This document shows, in pieces, positions 14,401 through 29,199 of a DNA stretch of 64,000 nt. The position numbers and the translations under genes are program-made. The notes under the pieces are model-generated. The model saw only the letters and a list, made by a program, of their open reading frames with translations. It ran no database searches and was not told the origin of the DNA. How positions within the stretch are numbered: the stretch's first letter is position 1; each line of letters begins with the position of its first letter. The DNA lies in assembly GCA_009914755.4 (NCBI GenBank), contig CP086569.2, positions 29,088,001-29,152,000 on the forward strand, written 5' to 3'. The stretch comes from the human T2T-CHM13v2.0 reference genome, Homo sapiens.

Positions 14401-14984
14401 TCGTTTCGATTCCTTTCCATTCCAGCCCATTCCATTCCATTCCTTTCCTTTCCGTTTCATTAGATTCCATTGCATTCGATTCCATTCAATTCAATTCCGT
14501 GCTATTCAATTTGATTCATTTCCATTTAATTCCATTCCATTAGATTCCATTCCGTACGATTCCATTCCTTTTGAATCCATTCCATTGGAGTCCATTCACT
14601 TCCGGAACATTCCATTCCAGTCGAATCCATTCGAGGACATTCCATTAAAGTTCATTACATTCTAATACATTCCATTCCATTGCATTCCATTCCATTCCAT
14701 TCGATGCCATTCGATTCCATTCCATGCCAAATCATTGCATTCCTTTCCATTCCGTTCCTATCAATTCCATTCCATTAGATTTAGTTCGATTCTATTCCCT
14801 TCCATTCCATTCGATTCCATTCCATTGGAGTCAATTCCTTTTGACACCCATCCTTTCCAGTCAATGATTTTGGAGTCCATTTTTTTGCATTCCATTACAT
14901 TCTATGACATTCGATTCCGGTTCATTGCATTCCATTCCATACATTTTTATTCCATTCGAGACCGTAGCATTCTGCTTTATTCCA
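11432..14984 (+). repeat. HSat3 HOR unit 4 (3553 bp). Subtype B.
   Basis: GGCC at 11432 and 14985. The 15-bp insertion is present at ~13839-13853. Confidence 0.9.
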
Positions 14985-17900
14985 GGCCTGTCCATTACAC
15001 TACATTCCCTTCGATTCCAATGAATTCCATTGCATTCCAATCCATTCCTTTCCTTTCGCTTGCATTCCATTCTATTCTCTTCTACTGCATACAATTTCAC
15101 TCCATTCGTTCCCATTCCATTCAATTCCATTCCATTCAATTCCATTCCATTTGTTTCCATTCTCTTCGATTCCATTTCTTTATATTCCATGCCATTCGAT
15201 TCCATTCTATTGGATTGCATTATATTCGTGTTCATTCCATTCCAGACCATTCCATTTGACTCCATTCCTTTCGAGCCCTTTCAATTTGAGTCCATTCCTT
15301 TCCAGTCCATTTCACTCCAGTCCATTACTATCCATTCCATACCATTCCATCCCATTCCATTCCATTCCATTCCATTCCATTCCATTCCATTCCATTGCAT
15401 TCCTTTCCATTCCATTCCATTGCACTGCACTCCATTCCATTACATTCTACTCTATCTGAGTCGATTTTATTGCATTAGATTTTATTCCATTGGATTACTT
15501 TCCATTCGATTACATTTCATTCATGTACATTCCATTCCAGTCAATTACATTCGAGTTCATTACATTACATTCCAGTATATTCCATTGTATTCGATCCCAT
15601 TCCTTTCAATTCCATTTCATTCGACTCCATTATATTCGATTCCATTCCACTCGAATCCATTCCATTAGAGGACATTCCATTCCAATGCATTCCATTCCAT
15701 TCCATAACATTCCATTGCATTCGATTCCATTCCATTTGATGCCATTTCATTTGATGCCATTCCATGACATTCCATTCCATTCGAGTCCATTCCTTTCCAA
15801 TTCATTCCATTCCGTTTCATGAAATTCGAGTCCTTTCCAGTACATTTCATTCCAATCCCATCCAATCCCATCTACTCCATTCAATTCCTTTCCATTCCAT
15901 TTGATTATATTCCATTGATTTGATTCCATTCAGTTTGATTCCATTCCGTGAAATTTCCTTCCATTCTCTTCCATTGCATTACTTTCCATTCAATTCCATT
16001 CCATTTCATTTCAGTCCATTCGCTTCCTTTCTTTTCGATTCAATTACATTTGATTCCACTCCATTCTATGCGATTTCATTCCAATCGATTCAATTCCATT
16101 CGATGACATTCCTTTCGTTTCCATTCCATTCGAGTCCATTCAATTTGAGCATTCGTATCCATTCTATTCGAGTCTATTCCATTACCGTCTATTCTATTCC
16201 CTTCCATTCCTGTTGATTCAATTTCATTCCCTTCCATTCGATTCCTTTCCATTCGATTCCATTCCTTTCCATTCCATTCCATTCGTTCCCATTCCATGTG
16301 ATTTCATTCCATTCCAGTCCATTATATTCGAGTCCACTCCACTCCGTTCTATTACATTCAATTCCTTTTGAGTCCGTTCCATAACACTCCATTCATTTCG
16401 ATTCCATTTCTTGCCAGTTTTCTTCCATTTTATTCCATTCCGTTCGATTCCATTCCATTCGATTGCATTCCATTCGAATCCTTTCCATTCCATTTCATTC
16501 CATTCCTTTCTATTCCATTCCATTCCATGCGATTTGATTCCATTCTGTTCTATTCCATTCAATTCTTTTTCATTCCATTCGCATCCTTTCTATTGCAGTC
16601 CATTACATTCGAGTCCATTCCAATCCCTTCCATTCCATTCCATTACTGTCCATTCCAATAGATTCCATTCATTTGCCTTCCATTCGAATCCACTCCATTC
16701 TAGTCCATTCCATTTGAGTCAATTCCATTCCATTCCATTCTATTCCTTTCCAATCCATTGGATTATATTCGATTCAATTCCATTTGATTCTCTTTCATTC
16801 TATTTTATTCCATGACATTTGATTGCATTGCATTCCATTCCGTTTGATTCCAGTCCATTCAAGAAAGTTCCATTCCAGTCCATTGCTTTCGAATCCATTC
16901 CATTCCAGTCTAGTCTATTCCACTCCATTCCTTTCCATTCCATTCCATACTATTCCATTCCATTCCTTTGCATTCCGTTTCCAATCTATTCGAGTCCATT
17001 GCATTCCAGTCCAATCCATTCGATTACATTCCTTTTGATTCCCTGCCAGTCGATTGCATTGCATACTACACCATTCCAAAGGAGTCCATTCCATTCTATC
17101 TCAACACTTTCCATTCCACTCTGTTCGAGTCCATTCCATTCCAGTCCATTTAATTCAAGGGCATTCCATTCCATTCCATTCCATTTCATACTATTCCATT
17201 CCATTCAATTCCATTCCAGATGATTCCATTCCATTCTATACCATTGCTCTCTGTTCCATTCCATTCCATCTGTCTCCATTCCTTTCGTTTCGATTCCTTT
17301 CCATTCCATTCCATTACATTTGATCCTATTTTATTAAATTGCATTCTATTCGAGTGATTTCCATTCGAGTCCTTTCCATTCGATTCCATTCCTTTGGATT
17401 CCATTCCATTTCGTTCTGTTCATATCAATTCCTTGCGATTCCATTACATTCGATTTCTTGCCATTCGATTCCATTCCTTTTGACTCCATTTCATTCGATT
17501 CCATTCCATTCCATTAATTTCCATTCCATTCGAGACCTTTCCATTGCAGTCTTTTCCCTTCGAGTCCATTCCGTTCGATTCCCTTCCATTCGATTCCATT
17601 CCATTGGAGTCCGTACCAGTCGAGTCCATTCTATTCCAGTCCATTAGTTTCGACTCCATTGCATTCGAGTGCATTCCATTCCGTGGCTGTCCATTCCATT
17701 CCGTTTGATGCCATTCCATACGATTCCATTCAATTCGAGACCATTCTATTCCTGTCCATTCCTTGTGGTTCGATTCCATTTCACTCTAGTCCATTCCATT
17801 CCATTCAATTCCATTCGACTCTATTCCGTTCCATTCAATTCCATTCCATTCGATTCCATTTTTTTCGAGAACCTTCCATTACACTCCCTTCCATTCCAGT

Positions 17901-18528
17901 GCATTCCATTCCAGTCTCTTCAGTTCGATTCCATTCCATTCGTTTCGATTCCTTTCCATTCCAGCCCATTCCATTCCATTCCATTCCTTTCCTTTCCGTT
18001 TCATTAGATTCCATTACATTCGATTCCATTCAATTCAGTTCCGTGCTATTCAATTTGATTCATTTCCATTTAATTCCATTCCATTAGATTCCATTCCGTA
18101 CGATTCCATTCCTTTTGAATCCATTGCATTGGAGTCCATTCACTTCCAGAACATTCCATTCCAGTCGAATCCATTCGAGGACATTCCATTAAAGTTCATT
18201 ACATTCTAATACATTCCATTCCATTGCATTCCATTCCATTCCATTCGATGCCATTCGATTCCATTCCATGCCAAATCATTGCATTCCTTTCCATTCCGTT
18301 CCTATCAATTCCATTCCATTCGATTTAGTTCGATTCTATTCACTTCCATTCCATTCGATTCCATTCCATTGGAGTCAATTCCTTTCGACACCCAGCCTTT
18401 CCAGTCAATGATTTTGGAGTCCATTTTTTTGCATTCCATTACATTCTATGACATTCGATTCCGTTTCATTGCATTCCATTCCATATATTTTTATTCCATT
18501 CGAGACCGTAGCATTCTGCTTTATTCCA
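14985..18528 (+). repeat. HSat3 HOR unit 5 (3544 bp). Subtype A.
   Basis: GGCC at 14985 and 18529. The pure pentamer tract has only 9 units (15352-15396). Confidence 0.9.
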
Positions 18529-21500
18529 GGCCTGTCCATTACACTACATTCCCTTCCATTCCAATGAATTCCATTCCATTCCAATCCATTCCTTTCCTTT
18601 CGCTTGCATTCCATTCTATTCTCTTCTACTGCATACAATTTCACTCCATTCGTTCCCATTCCATTCAATTCCATTCCATTCAATTCCATTCAATTTGTTT
18701 CCATTCTCTTCGATTCCATTTCCTTATATTCCATGCCATTCGATTCCATTCTATTGGATTGCATTACATTCGTGTTCATTCCATTCCAGACCATTCCATT
18801 TGACTCCATTCCTTTCGAGCCCTTTCAATTTGAGTCCATTCTTTCCAGTCCATTTCACTCCAGTCCATTACTATCCATTCCATACCATTCCATCCCATTC
18901 CATTCCATTCCATTCCATTCCATTCCATTCCATTCCATTCCATTCCATTGCATTCCATTCCATTCCATTGCACTGCACTCCATTCCATTACATTCTACTC
19001 TATCTGAGTCGATTTTATTGCATTAGATTCTATTCCATTGGATTACTTTCCATTCGATTACATTTCATTCATGTACATTCCATTCCAGTCAATTACATTC
19101 GAGTTCACTACATTACATTCCAGTATATTCCATTGTATTCGATCCCATTCCTTTCAATTCCATTTCATTCGACTCCATTATATTCGATTCCATTCCACTC
19201 GAATCCATTCCATTAGAGGACATTCCATTCCAATGCATTCCATTCCATTCCATAGCATTCCATTGCATTCGATTCCATTCCATTTGATGCCATTCCATTT
19301 GATGCCATTCCATGACATTCCATTCCATTCGAGTCCATTCCGTTCCAATTCATTCCATTCCGTTTCATGAAATTCGAGTCCTTTCCAGTACATTTCATTC
19401 CAATCCCATCCAATCCCATCTACTCCATTCAATTCCTTTCCATTCCATTTGATTATATTCCATTGATTTGATTCCATTCAGTTTGATTCCATTCCGTGAA
19501 ATTTCCTTCCATTTTCTTCCATTGCATTACTTTCCATTCAATTCCATTCCATTTCATTTCAGTCCATTCGCTTCCTTTCCTTTCGATTCAATTCCATTTG
19601 ATTCCACTCCATTCTATGCGATTTCATTCCAATCGATTCAATTCCATTCGATGACATTCCTTTCGTTTCCATTCCATTCGAGTCCATTCAATTTGAACAT
19701 TCGTGTCCATTCTATTCGAGTCCATTCCATTACCGTCTATTCTATTCCCTTCCATTCCTGTTGATTCAATTTCATTCCCTTCCATTCGATTCCTTTCCAT
19801 TCGATTCCATTCCTTTCCATTCCATTCCATTCGTTCCCATTCCATGTGATTTCATTCCATTCCAGTCCATTATATTCGAGTCCACTCCACTCCATTCTAT
19901 TACATTCAATTCCTTTTGAGTCCGTTCCATAACACTCCATTCATTTCGATTCCATTTCTTGCCAGTTTTCTTCCATTTTATTCCATTCCGTTCGATTCCA
20001 TTCCATTCGATTGCATTCCATTCGAATCCTTTCCATTCCATTTCATTCCATTCCTTTCTATTCCATTCCATTTCATTCGATTTGATTCCATTCTGTTCTA
20101 TTCCATTCAATTCTTTTTCATTCCATTCGAATCCTTTCTATTGCAGTCCATTCCATTCGAGTCCATTCCAATCCCTTCCATTCCATTCCATTACAGTCCA
20201 TTCCAATAGATTCCATTCCTTTGCCTTCCATTCGAATCCATTCCATTCTAGTCCATTCCATTTGAGTCAATTCCATTCCATTCCATTCTATTCCTTTCCA
20301 ATCCATTCGATTCCATTCGATTCAATTCCGTTTGATTCTCTTTCATTCTATTTTATTCCATGCCATTTGATTGCATTGCATTCCATTCCGTTTGATTCCA
20401 GTCCATTCAAGAATGTTCCATTCCAGTCCATTGCTTTCCAGTCCATTCCATTCCACTCTAGTCTATTCCACTCCATTCCTTTCCATTCCATTCCATACTA
20501 TTCCATTCCATTCCTTTGCATTCCGTTTCCAATCTATTCGAGTCCATTGCATTCCAGTCCAATCCATTCGATTACATTCCTTTTGATTCCCTGCCAGTCG
20601 ATTGCATTGCATACTACACCATTCCAAAGGAGTCCATTCCATTCTATCTCAACACTTTCCATTCCACTCTGTTCGAGTCCATTCCATTCCAGTCCATTTA
20701 ATTCAAGGGCATTCCATTCCATTCCATTCCATTTCATATTATTCCATTCCATTCAATTCCATTCCAGATGATTCCATTCCATTCTATACCATTGCTCTCT
20801 GTTCCATTCCATTCCATCTGTCTCCATTCCTTTCGTTTCGATTCCTTTCCATTCCATTCCATTACATTTGATCCTATTTTATTAAATTGCATTCTATTCG
20901 AGTGATTTCCATTCGAGTCCTTTCCATTCTATTCCATTCCTTTGGATTCCATTCCATTTCGTTCTGTTCACATCAATTCCTTGCGATTCCATTACATTCG
21001 ATTTCTTGCCATTCGATTCCATTCCTTTTGACTCCATTTCATTCGATTCCATTCCATTCCATTAATTTCCATTCCATTCGAGACCTTTCCATTGCAGTCT
21101 TTTCCCTTCGAGTCCATTCCGTTCGATTCCCTTCCATTCGATTCCATTCCATTGGAGTCCGTACCAGTCGAGTCCATTCTATTCCAGTCCATTAGTTTCG
21201 ACTCCATTGCATTCGAGTGCATTCCATTCCGTGGCTGTCCATTCCATTCCGTTTGATGCCATTCCATACGATTCCATTCAATTCGAGACCATTCTATTCC
21301 TGTCCATTCCTTGTGGTTCGATTCCATTTCACTCTAGTCCATTCCATTCCATTCAATTCCATTCGACTCTATTCCGTTCCATTCAATTCCATTCCATTCG
21401 ATTCCATTTTTGTCGAGAACCTTCCATTACACTCCCTTCCATTCCAGTGCATTCCATTCCAGTCTCTTCAGTTCGATTCCATTCCATTCGTTTCGATTCC

Positions 21501-22076
21501 TTTCCATTCCAGCCCATTCCATTCCATTCCATTCCTTTCCATTCCGTTTCATTAGATTCCATTGCATTCGATTCCATTCAATTCAATTCCGTGCTATTCA
21601 ATTTGATTCATTTCCATTTAATTCCATTCCATTAGATTCCATTCCGTACGATTCCATTCCTTTTGAATCCATTCCATTGGAGTCCATTCACTTCCAGAAC
21701 ACTCCATTCCAGTCGAATCCATTCGAGGACATTCCATTAAAGTTCATTACATTCTAATACATTCCATTCCATTGCATTCCATTCCATTCCATTCGATGCC
21801 ATTCGATTCCATTCCATGCCAAATCATTGCATTCCTTTCCATTCCGTTCCTATCAATTCCATTCCATTCGATTTAGTTCGATTCTATTCACTTCCATTCC
21901 ATTCGATTCCATTCCATTGGAGTCAATTCCTTTCGACACCCAGCCTTTCCAGTCAATGATTTTGGAGTCCATTTTTTTGCATTCCATTACATTCTATGAC
22001 ATTCGATTCCGTTTCATTGCATTCCATTCCATACATTTTTATTCCATTCGAGACCGTAGCATTCTGCTTTATTCCA
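18529..22076 (+). repeat. HSat3 HOR unit 6 (3548 bp). Subtype A.
   Basis: GGCC at 18529 and 22077. Confidence 0.9.
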
Positions 22077-25000
22077 GGCCTGTCCATTACACTACATTCC
22101 CTTCCATTCCAATGAATTCCATTCCATTCCAATCCATTCCTTTCTTTTCGCTTGCATTCCATTCTATTCTCTTCTACTGCATACAATTTCACTCCATTCG
22201 TTCCCATTCCATTCAATTCCATTCCATTCAATTCCATTCCATTTGTTTCCATTCTCTTCGATTCCATTTCTTTATATTCCATGCCATTCGATTCCATTCT
22301 ATTGGATTGCATTACATTCGTGTTCATTCCATTCCAGACCATTCCATTTGACTCCATTCCTTTCGAGCCCTTTCAATTTGAGTCCATTCCTTTCCAGTCC
22401 ATTTCACTCCAGTCCATTACTATCCATTCCATACCATTCCATCCCATTCCATTCCATTCCATTCCATTCCATTCCATTCCATTGCATTCCTTTCCATTAC
22501 ATTCCATTGCACTGCACTCCATTCCATTACATTCTACTCTATCTGAGTCGATTTTATTGCATTAGATTCTATTTCATTGGATTACTTTCCATTCGATTAC
22601 ATTTCATTCATGTACATTCCATTCCAGTCAATTACATTCGATTTCATTACATTACATTCCAGTATATTCCATTGTATTCGATCCCATTCCTTTCAATTCC
22701 ATTTCATTCGACTCCATTATATTCGATTCCATTCCACTCGAATCCATTCCATTATAGGACATTCCATTCCAACGCATTCCATTCCATTCCATAGCATTCC
22801 ATTGCATTCGATTCCATTCCATTTGATGCCATTCCATTTGATGCCATTCCATGACATTCCATTCCATTCGAGTCCATTCCGTTCCAATTCATTACATTCC
22901 GTTTCATGAAATTCGAGTCCTTTCCAGTACATTTCATTCCAATCCCATCCAATCCCATCTACTCCATTCAAATCCTTTCCATTCCATTTGATTATATTCC
23001 ATTGATTTGATTCCATTCAGTGTGATTCCATTCCGTGAAATTTCCTTCCATTCTCTTCCATTGCATTACTTTCCATTCAATTCCATTCCATTTCATTTCA
23101 GTCCATTCGCTTCCTTTCCTTTCGATTCAATTCCATTTGATTCCACTCCATTCTATGCGATTTCATTCCAATCGATTCAATTCCATTCGATGACATTCCT
23201 TTCGTTTCCATTCCATTCGAGTCCATTCAATTTGAACATTCGTGTCCATTCTATTCGAGTCCATTCCATTACCGTCTATTCTATTCCCTTCCATTCCTGT
23301 TGATTCAATTTCATTCCCTTCCATTCGATTCCTTTCCATTCGATTCCATTCCTTTCCATTCCATTCCAATCGTTCCCATTCCTTGTGATTTCATTCCATT
23401 CCAGTCCATTATATTCGAGTCCACTCCACTCCATTCTATTACATTCAATTCCTTTTGAGTCCGTTCCATAACACTCCATTCATTTCGATTCCATTTCTTG
23501 CAAATTTTCTTCCATTTTATTCCATTCCGTTCGATTCCATTCCATTCGATTGCATTCCATTCGAATCCTTTCCATTCCATTTCATTCCATTCCTTTCTAT
23601 TCCATTCCATTTCATTCGATTTGATTCCATTCTGTTCTATTCCATTCAATTCTTTTTCATTCCATTCGAATCCTTTCTATTGCAGTCCATTCCATTCGAG
23701 TCCATTCCAATCCCTTCCATTCCATTCCATTACAGTCCATTCCAATAGATTCCATTCCTTTGCCTTCCATTCGAATCCATTCCATTCTAGTCCATTCCAT
23801 TTGAGTCAATTCCATTCCATTCCATTCTATTCCTTTCCAATCCGTTCGATTCCATTCGATTCAATTCCGTTTGATTCTCTTTCATTCTATTTTATTCCAT
23901 GCCATTTGATTGCATTGCATTCCATTCCGTTTGATTCCAGTCCATTCAAGAATGTTCCATTCCAGTCCATTGCTTTCCAGTCCATTCCATTCCACTCTAG
24001 TCTATTCCACTCCATTCCTTTCCATTCCATTCCATACTATTCCATTCCATTCCTTTGCATTCCGTTTCCAATCTATTCGAGTCCATTGCATTCCAGTCCA
24101 ATCCATTCCATTACATTCCTTTTGATTCCCTGCCAGTCGATTGCATTGCATACTACACCATTCCAAAGGAGTCCATTCCATTCTATCTCAACACTTTCCA
24201 TTCCACTCTGTTCGAGTCCATTCCATTCCAGTCCATTTAATTCAAGGGCATTCCATTCCATTCCATTCCATTTCATATTATTCCATTCCATTCAATTCCA
24301 TTCCAGATGATTCCATTCCATTCTATACCATTGCTCTCTGTTCCATTCCACTCCATCTGTCTCCATTCCTTTCGTTTCGATTCCTTTCCATTCCATTCCA
24401 TTCCATTTGATCCTATTTTATTAAATTGCATTCTATTCGAGTGATTTCCATTCGAGTCCTTTCCATTCGATTCCATTCCATTCTATTCCATTCCTTTGGA
24501 TTCCATTCCATTCCGTTCCGTTCACATCAATTCCTTGCGATTCCATTACATTCGATGTCTTGCCATTCAATTCCATTCCTTTTGACTCCATTTCATTCGA
24601 TTCCATTCCATTCCATTAATTTCCATTCCATTCGAGACCTTTCCATTGCAGTCTTTTCCCTTCGAGTCCATTCCGTTCGATTCCCTTCCATTCGATTCCA
24701 TTCCATTGGAGTCCGTACCAGTCGAGTCCATTCTATTCCAGTCCATTAGTTTCGACTCCATTGCATTCGAGTGCATTCCATTCCGTGGCTGTCCATTCCA
24801 TTCCGTTTGATGCCATTCCATACGATTCCATTCAATTCGAGACCATTCTATTCCTGTCCATTCCTTGTGGTTCGATTCCATTTCACTCTAGTCCATTCCA
24901 TTCCATTCAATTCCATTCGACTCTATTCCGTTCCATTCAATTCCATTCCATTCGATTCCATTTTTGTCGAGAACGTTCCATTACACTCCCTTCCATTCCA

Positions 25001-25630
25001 GTGCATTCCATTCCAGTCTCTTCAGTTCGATTCCATTCCATTCGTTTCGATTCCTTTCCATTCCAGCCCATTCCATTCCATTCCATTCCTTTCCTTTCCG
25101 TTTCATTAGATTCCATTGCATTCGATTCCATTCAATTCAATTCCGTGCTATTCAATTTGATTCATTTCCATTTGATTCCATTCCATTAGATTCCATTCCG
25201 TACGATTCCATTCCTTTTGAATCCATTCCATTGGAGTCCATTCACTTCCAGAACATTCCATTCCAGTCGAATCCATTCGAGGACATTCCATTAAAGTTCA
25301 TTACATTCTAATACATTCCATTCCATTGCATTCCATTCCATTCCATTCGATGCCATTCGATTCCATTCCATGCCAAATCATTGCATTCCTTTCCATTCCG
25401 TTCCTATCAATTCCATTCCATTCGATTTAGTTCGATTCTATTCACTTCGATTCCATTCGATTAAATTCCATTGGAGTCAATTCCTTTTGACACCCAGCCT
25501 TTCCAGTCAATGATTTTGGATTCCATTTTTTTGCATTCCATTACATTCTATGACATTCGATTCCGTTTCATTGCATTCCATTCCATACATTTTTATTCCA
25601 TTCGAGACCGTAGCATTCTGCTTTATTCCA
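22077..25630 (+). repeat. HSat3 HOR unit 7 (3554 bp). Subtype B.
   Basis: GGCC at 22077 and 25631. Confidence 0.9.
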
Positions 25631-28600
25631 GGCCTGTCCATTACACTACATTCCCTTCCATTCCAATGAATTCCATTGCATTCCAATCCATTCCTTTCCT
25701 TTCGCTTGCATTCCATTCTATTCTCTTCTACTGCATACAATTTCACTCAATTCGTTCCCATTCCATTCAATTCCATTCCATTCAATTCCATTCCATTTGT
25801 TTCCATTCTCTTCGATTCCATTTCTTTATATTCCATGCCATTCGATTCCATTCTATTGGATTGCATTACATTCGTGTTCATTCCATTCCAGACCATTCCA
25901 TTTGACTCCATTCCTTTCGAGCCCTTTCAATTTCAGTCCATTCCTTTCCAGTCCATTTCACTCCAGTCCATTACTATCCATTCCATACCATTCCATCCCA
26001 TTCCATTCCATTCCATTCCATTCCATTCAATTCCATTCCATTCCATTCCATTGCATTCCATTCCATTCCATTCCATTGCACTGCACTCCATTCCATTACA
26101 TTCTACTCTATCTGAGTCGATTTTATTGCATTAGATTCTATTCCATTGGATTACTTTCCATTCGATTACATTTCATTCATGTACATTCCATTCCAGTCAA
26201 TTACATTCGAGTTCATTACATTACATTCCAGTATATTCCATTGTATTCGATCCCATTCCTTTCAATTCCATTTCATTCGACTCCATTATATTCGATTCCA
26301 TTCCACTCGAATCCATTCCATTAGAGGACATTCCATTCCAATGCATTCCATTCCATTCCATAGCATTCCATTGCATTCGATTCCATTCCTTTTGATGCCA
26401 TTCCATTTGATGCCATTCCATGACATTCCATTCCATTCGAGTCCATTCCGTTCCAATTCATTCCATTCCGTTTCATGAAATTCGAGTCCTTTCCAGTACA
26501 TTTCATTCCAATCCCATCCAATCCCATCTACTCCATTCAATTCCTTTCCATTCCATTTGATTATATTCCATTGATTTGATTCCATTCAGTTTGATTCCAT
26601 TCCGTGAAATTTCCTTCCATTCTCTTCCATTGCATTACTTTCCATTCAATTCCATTCCATTTCATTTCAGTCCATTCGCTTCCTTTCCTTTCGATTCAAT
26701 TCCATTTGATTCCACTCCATTCTATGCGATTTCATTCCAATCGATTCAATTCCATTCGATGACATTCCTTTCGTTTCCATTCCATTCGAGTCCATTTAAT
26801 TTGAGCATTCGTGTCCATTCTATTCGAGTCCATTCCATTACCGTCTATTCTATTCCCTTCCATTCCTGTTGATTCAATTTCATTCCCTTCCATTCGATTC
26901 CTTTCCATTCGATTCCATTCCTTTCCATTCCATTCCATTCGTTCCCATTCCATGTGATTTCATTCCATTCCAGTCCATTATATTCGAGTCCACTCCACTC
27001 CATTCTATTACATTCAATTCCTTTTGAGTCCGTTCCATAACACTCCATTCATTTCGATTCCATTTCTTGCCAGTTTTCTTCCATTTTATTCCATTCCGTT
27101 CGATTCCATTCCATTCGATTGCATTCCATTCGAATCCTTTCCATTCCATTTCATTCCATTCCTTTCTATTCCATTCCATTTCATTCGATTTGATTCCATT
27201 CTGTTCTATTCCATTCAATTCTTTTTCATTCCATTCGAATCCTTTCTATTGCAGTCCATTCCATTCGAGTCCATTCCAATCCCTTCCATTCCATTCCATT
27301 ACAGTCCATTCCAATAGATTCCATTCCTTTGCCTTCCATTCGAATCCATTCCATTCTAGTCCATTCCATTTGAGTCAATTCCATTCCATTCCATTCTATT
27401 CCTTTCCAATCCATTCGATTCCATTCGATTCAATTCCGTTTGATTCTCTTTCATTCTATTTTATGGCATGCCATTTTATTGCATTGCATTCCATTCCGTT
27501 TGATTCCAGACCATTCAAGAAAGTTCCATTCCAGTCCATTGCTTTCCAGTCCATTCCATTCCACTCTAGTCTATTCCACTCCATTCCTTTCCATTCCATT
27601 CCATACTATTCCATTCCATTCCTTTGCATTCCGTTTCCAATCTATTCGAGTCCATTGCATTCCAGTCCAATCCATTCGATTACATTCCTTTTGATTCCCT
27701 GCCAGTCGATTGCATTGCATACTACACCATTCCAAACGAGTCCATTCCATTCTATCTCAACACTTTCCATTCCACTCTGTTCGAGTCCATTCCATTCCAG
27801 TCCATTTAATTCAAGGGCATTCCATTCCATTCCATTCCATTTCATATTTTTCCATTCCATTCAATTCCATTCCAGATGATTCCATTCCATTCTATACCAT
27901 TGCTCTCTGTTCCATTCCATTCCATCTGTCTCCATTCCTTTCGTTTCGATTCCTTTCCATTCCATTCCATTACATTTGATCCTATTTTATTAAATTGCAT
28001 TCTATTCGAGTGATTTCCATTCGAGTCCTTTCCATTCGATTCCATTCCATTCTATTCCATTCCTTTGGATTCCATTCCATTCCGTTCCGTTCACATCAAT
28101 TCCTTGCGATTCCATTACATTCGATTTCTTGCCATTCGATTCCATTCCTTTTGACTCCATTTCATTCGATTCCATTCCATTCCATTAATTTCCATTCCAT
28201 TCGAGACCTTTCCATTGCAGTCTTTTCCCTTCGAGTCCATTCCGTTCGATTACCTTCCATTCGATTCCATTCCATTGGAGTCCGTACCAGTCGAGTCCAT
28301 TCTATTCCAGTCCATTAGTTTCGACTCCATTGCATTCGAGTGCATTCCATTCCGTGGCTGTCCATTCCATTCCGTTTGATGCCATTCCATACGATTCCAT
28401 TCAATTCGAGACCATTCTATTCCTGTCCATTCCTTGTGGTTCGATTCCATTTCACTCTAGTCCATTCCATTCCATTCAATTCCATTCGACTCTATTCCGT
28501 TCCATTCAATTCCATTCCATTCGATTCCATTTTTTTCGAGAACCTTCCATTACACTCCCTTCCATTCCAGTGCATTCCATTCCAGTCTCTTCAGTTCGAT

Positions 28601-29199
28601 TCCATTCCATTCGTTTCGATTCCTTTCCATTCCAGCCCATTCCATTCCATTCCATTCCATTCCTTTCCGTTTCATTAGATTCCATTGCATTCGATTCCAT
28701 TCAATTCAATTCCGTGCTATTCAATTTGATTCATTTCCATTTGATTCCATTCCATTAGATTCCAATCCGTACGATTCCATTCCTTTTGAATCCATTCCAT
28801 TGGAGTCCATTCACTTCCAGAACATTCCATTCCAGTCGAATCCATTCGAGGACATTCCATTAAAGTTCATTACATTCTAATACATTCCATTCCATTGCAT
28901 TCCATTCCATTCCATTCGATGCCATTCGATTCCATTCCATGCCAAATCATTGCATTCCTTTCCATTCCGTTCCTATCAATTCCATTCCATTCGATTTAGT
29001 TCGATTCTATTCACTTCCATTCCATTCGATTCCATTCCATTGGAGTCAATTCCTTTCGACACCCAGCCTTTCCAGTCAATGATTTTGGAGTCCATTTTTT
29101 TGCATTCCATTACATTCTATGACATTCGATTCCGTTTCATTGCATTCCATTCCATACATTTTTATTCCATTCGAGACCGTAGCATTCTGCTTTATTCCA
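25631..29199 (+). repeat. HSat3 HOR unit 8 (3569 bp). Subtype B.
   Basis: GGCC at 25631 and 29200. Confidence 0.9.
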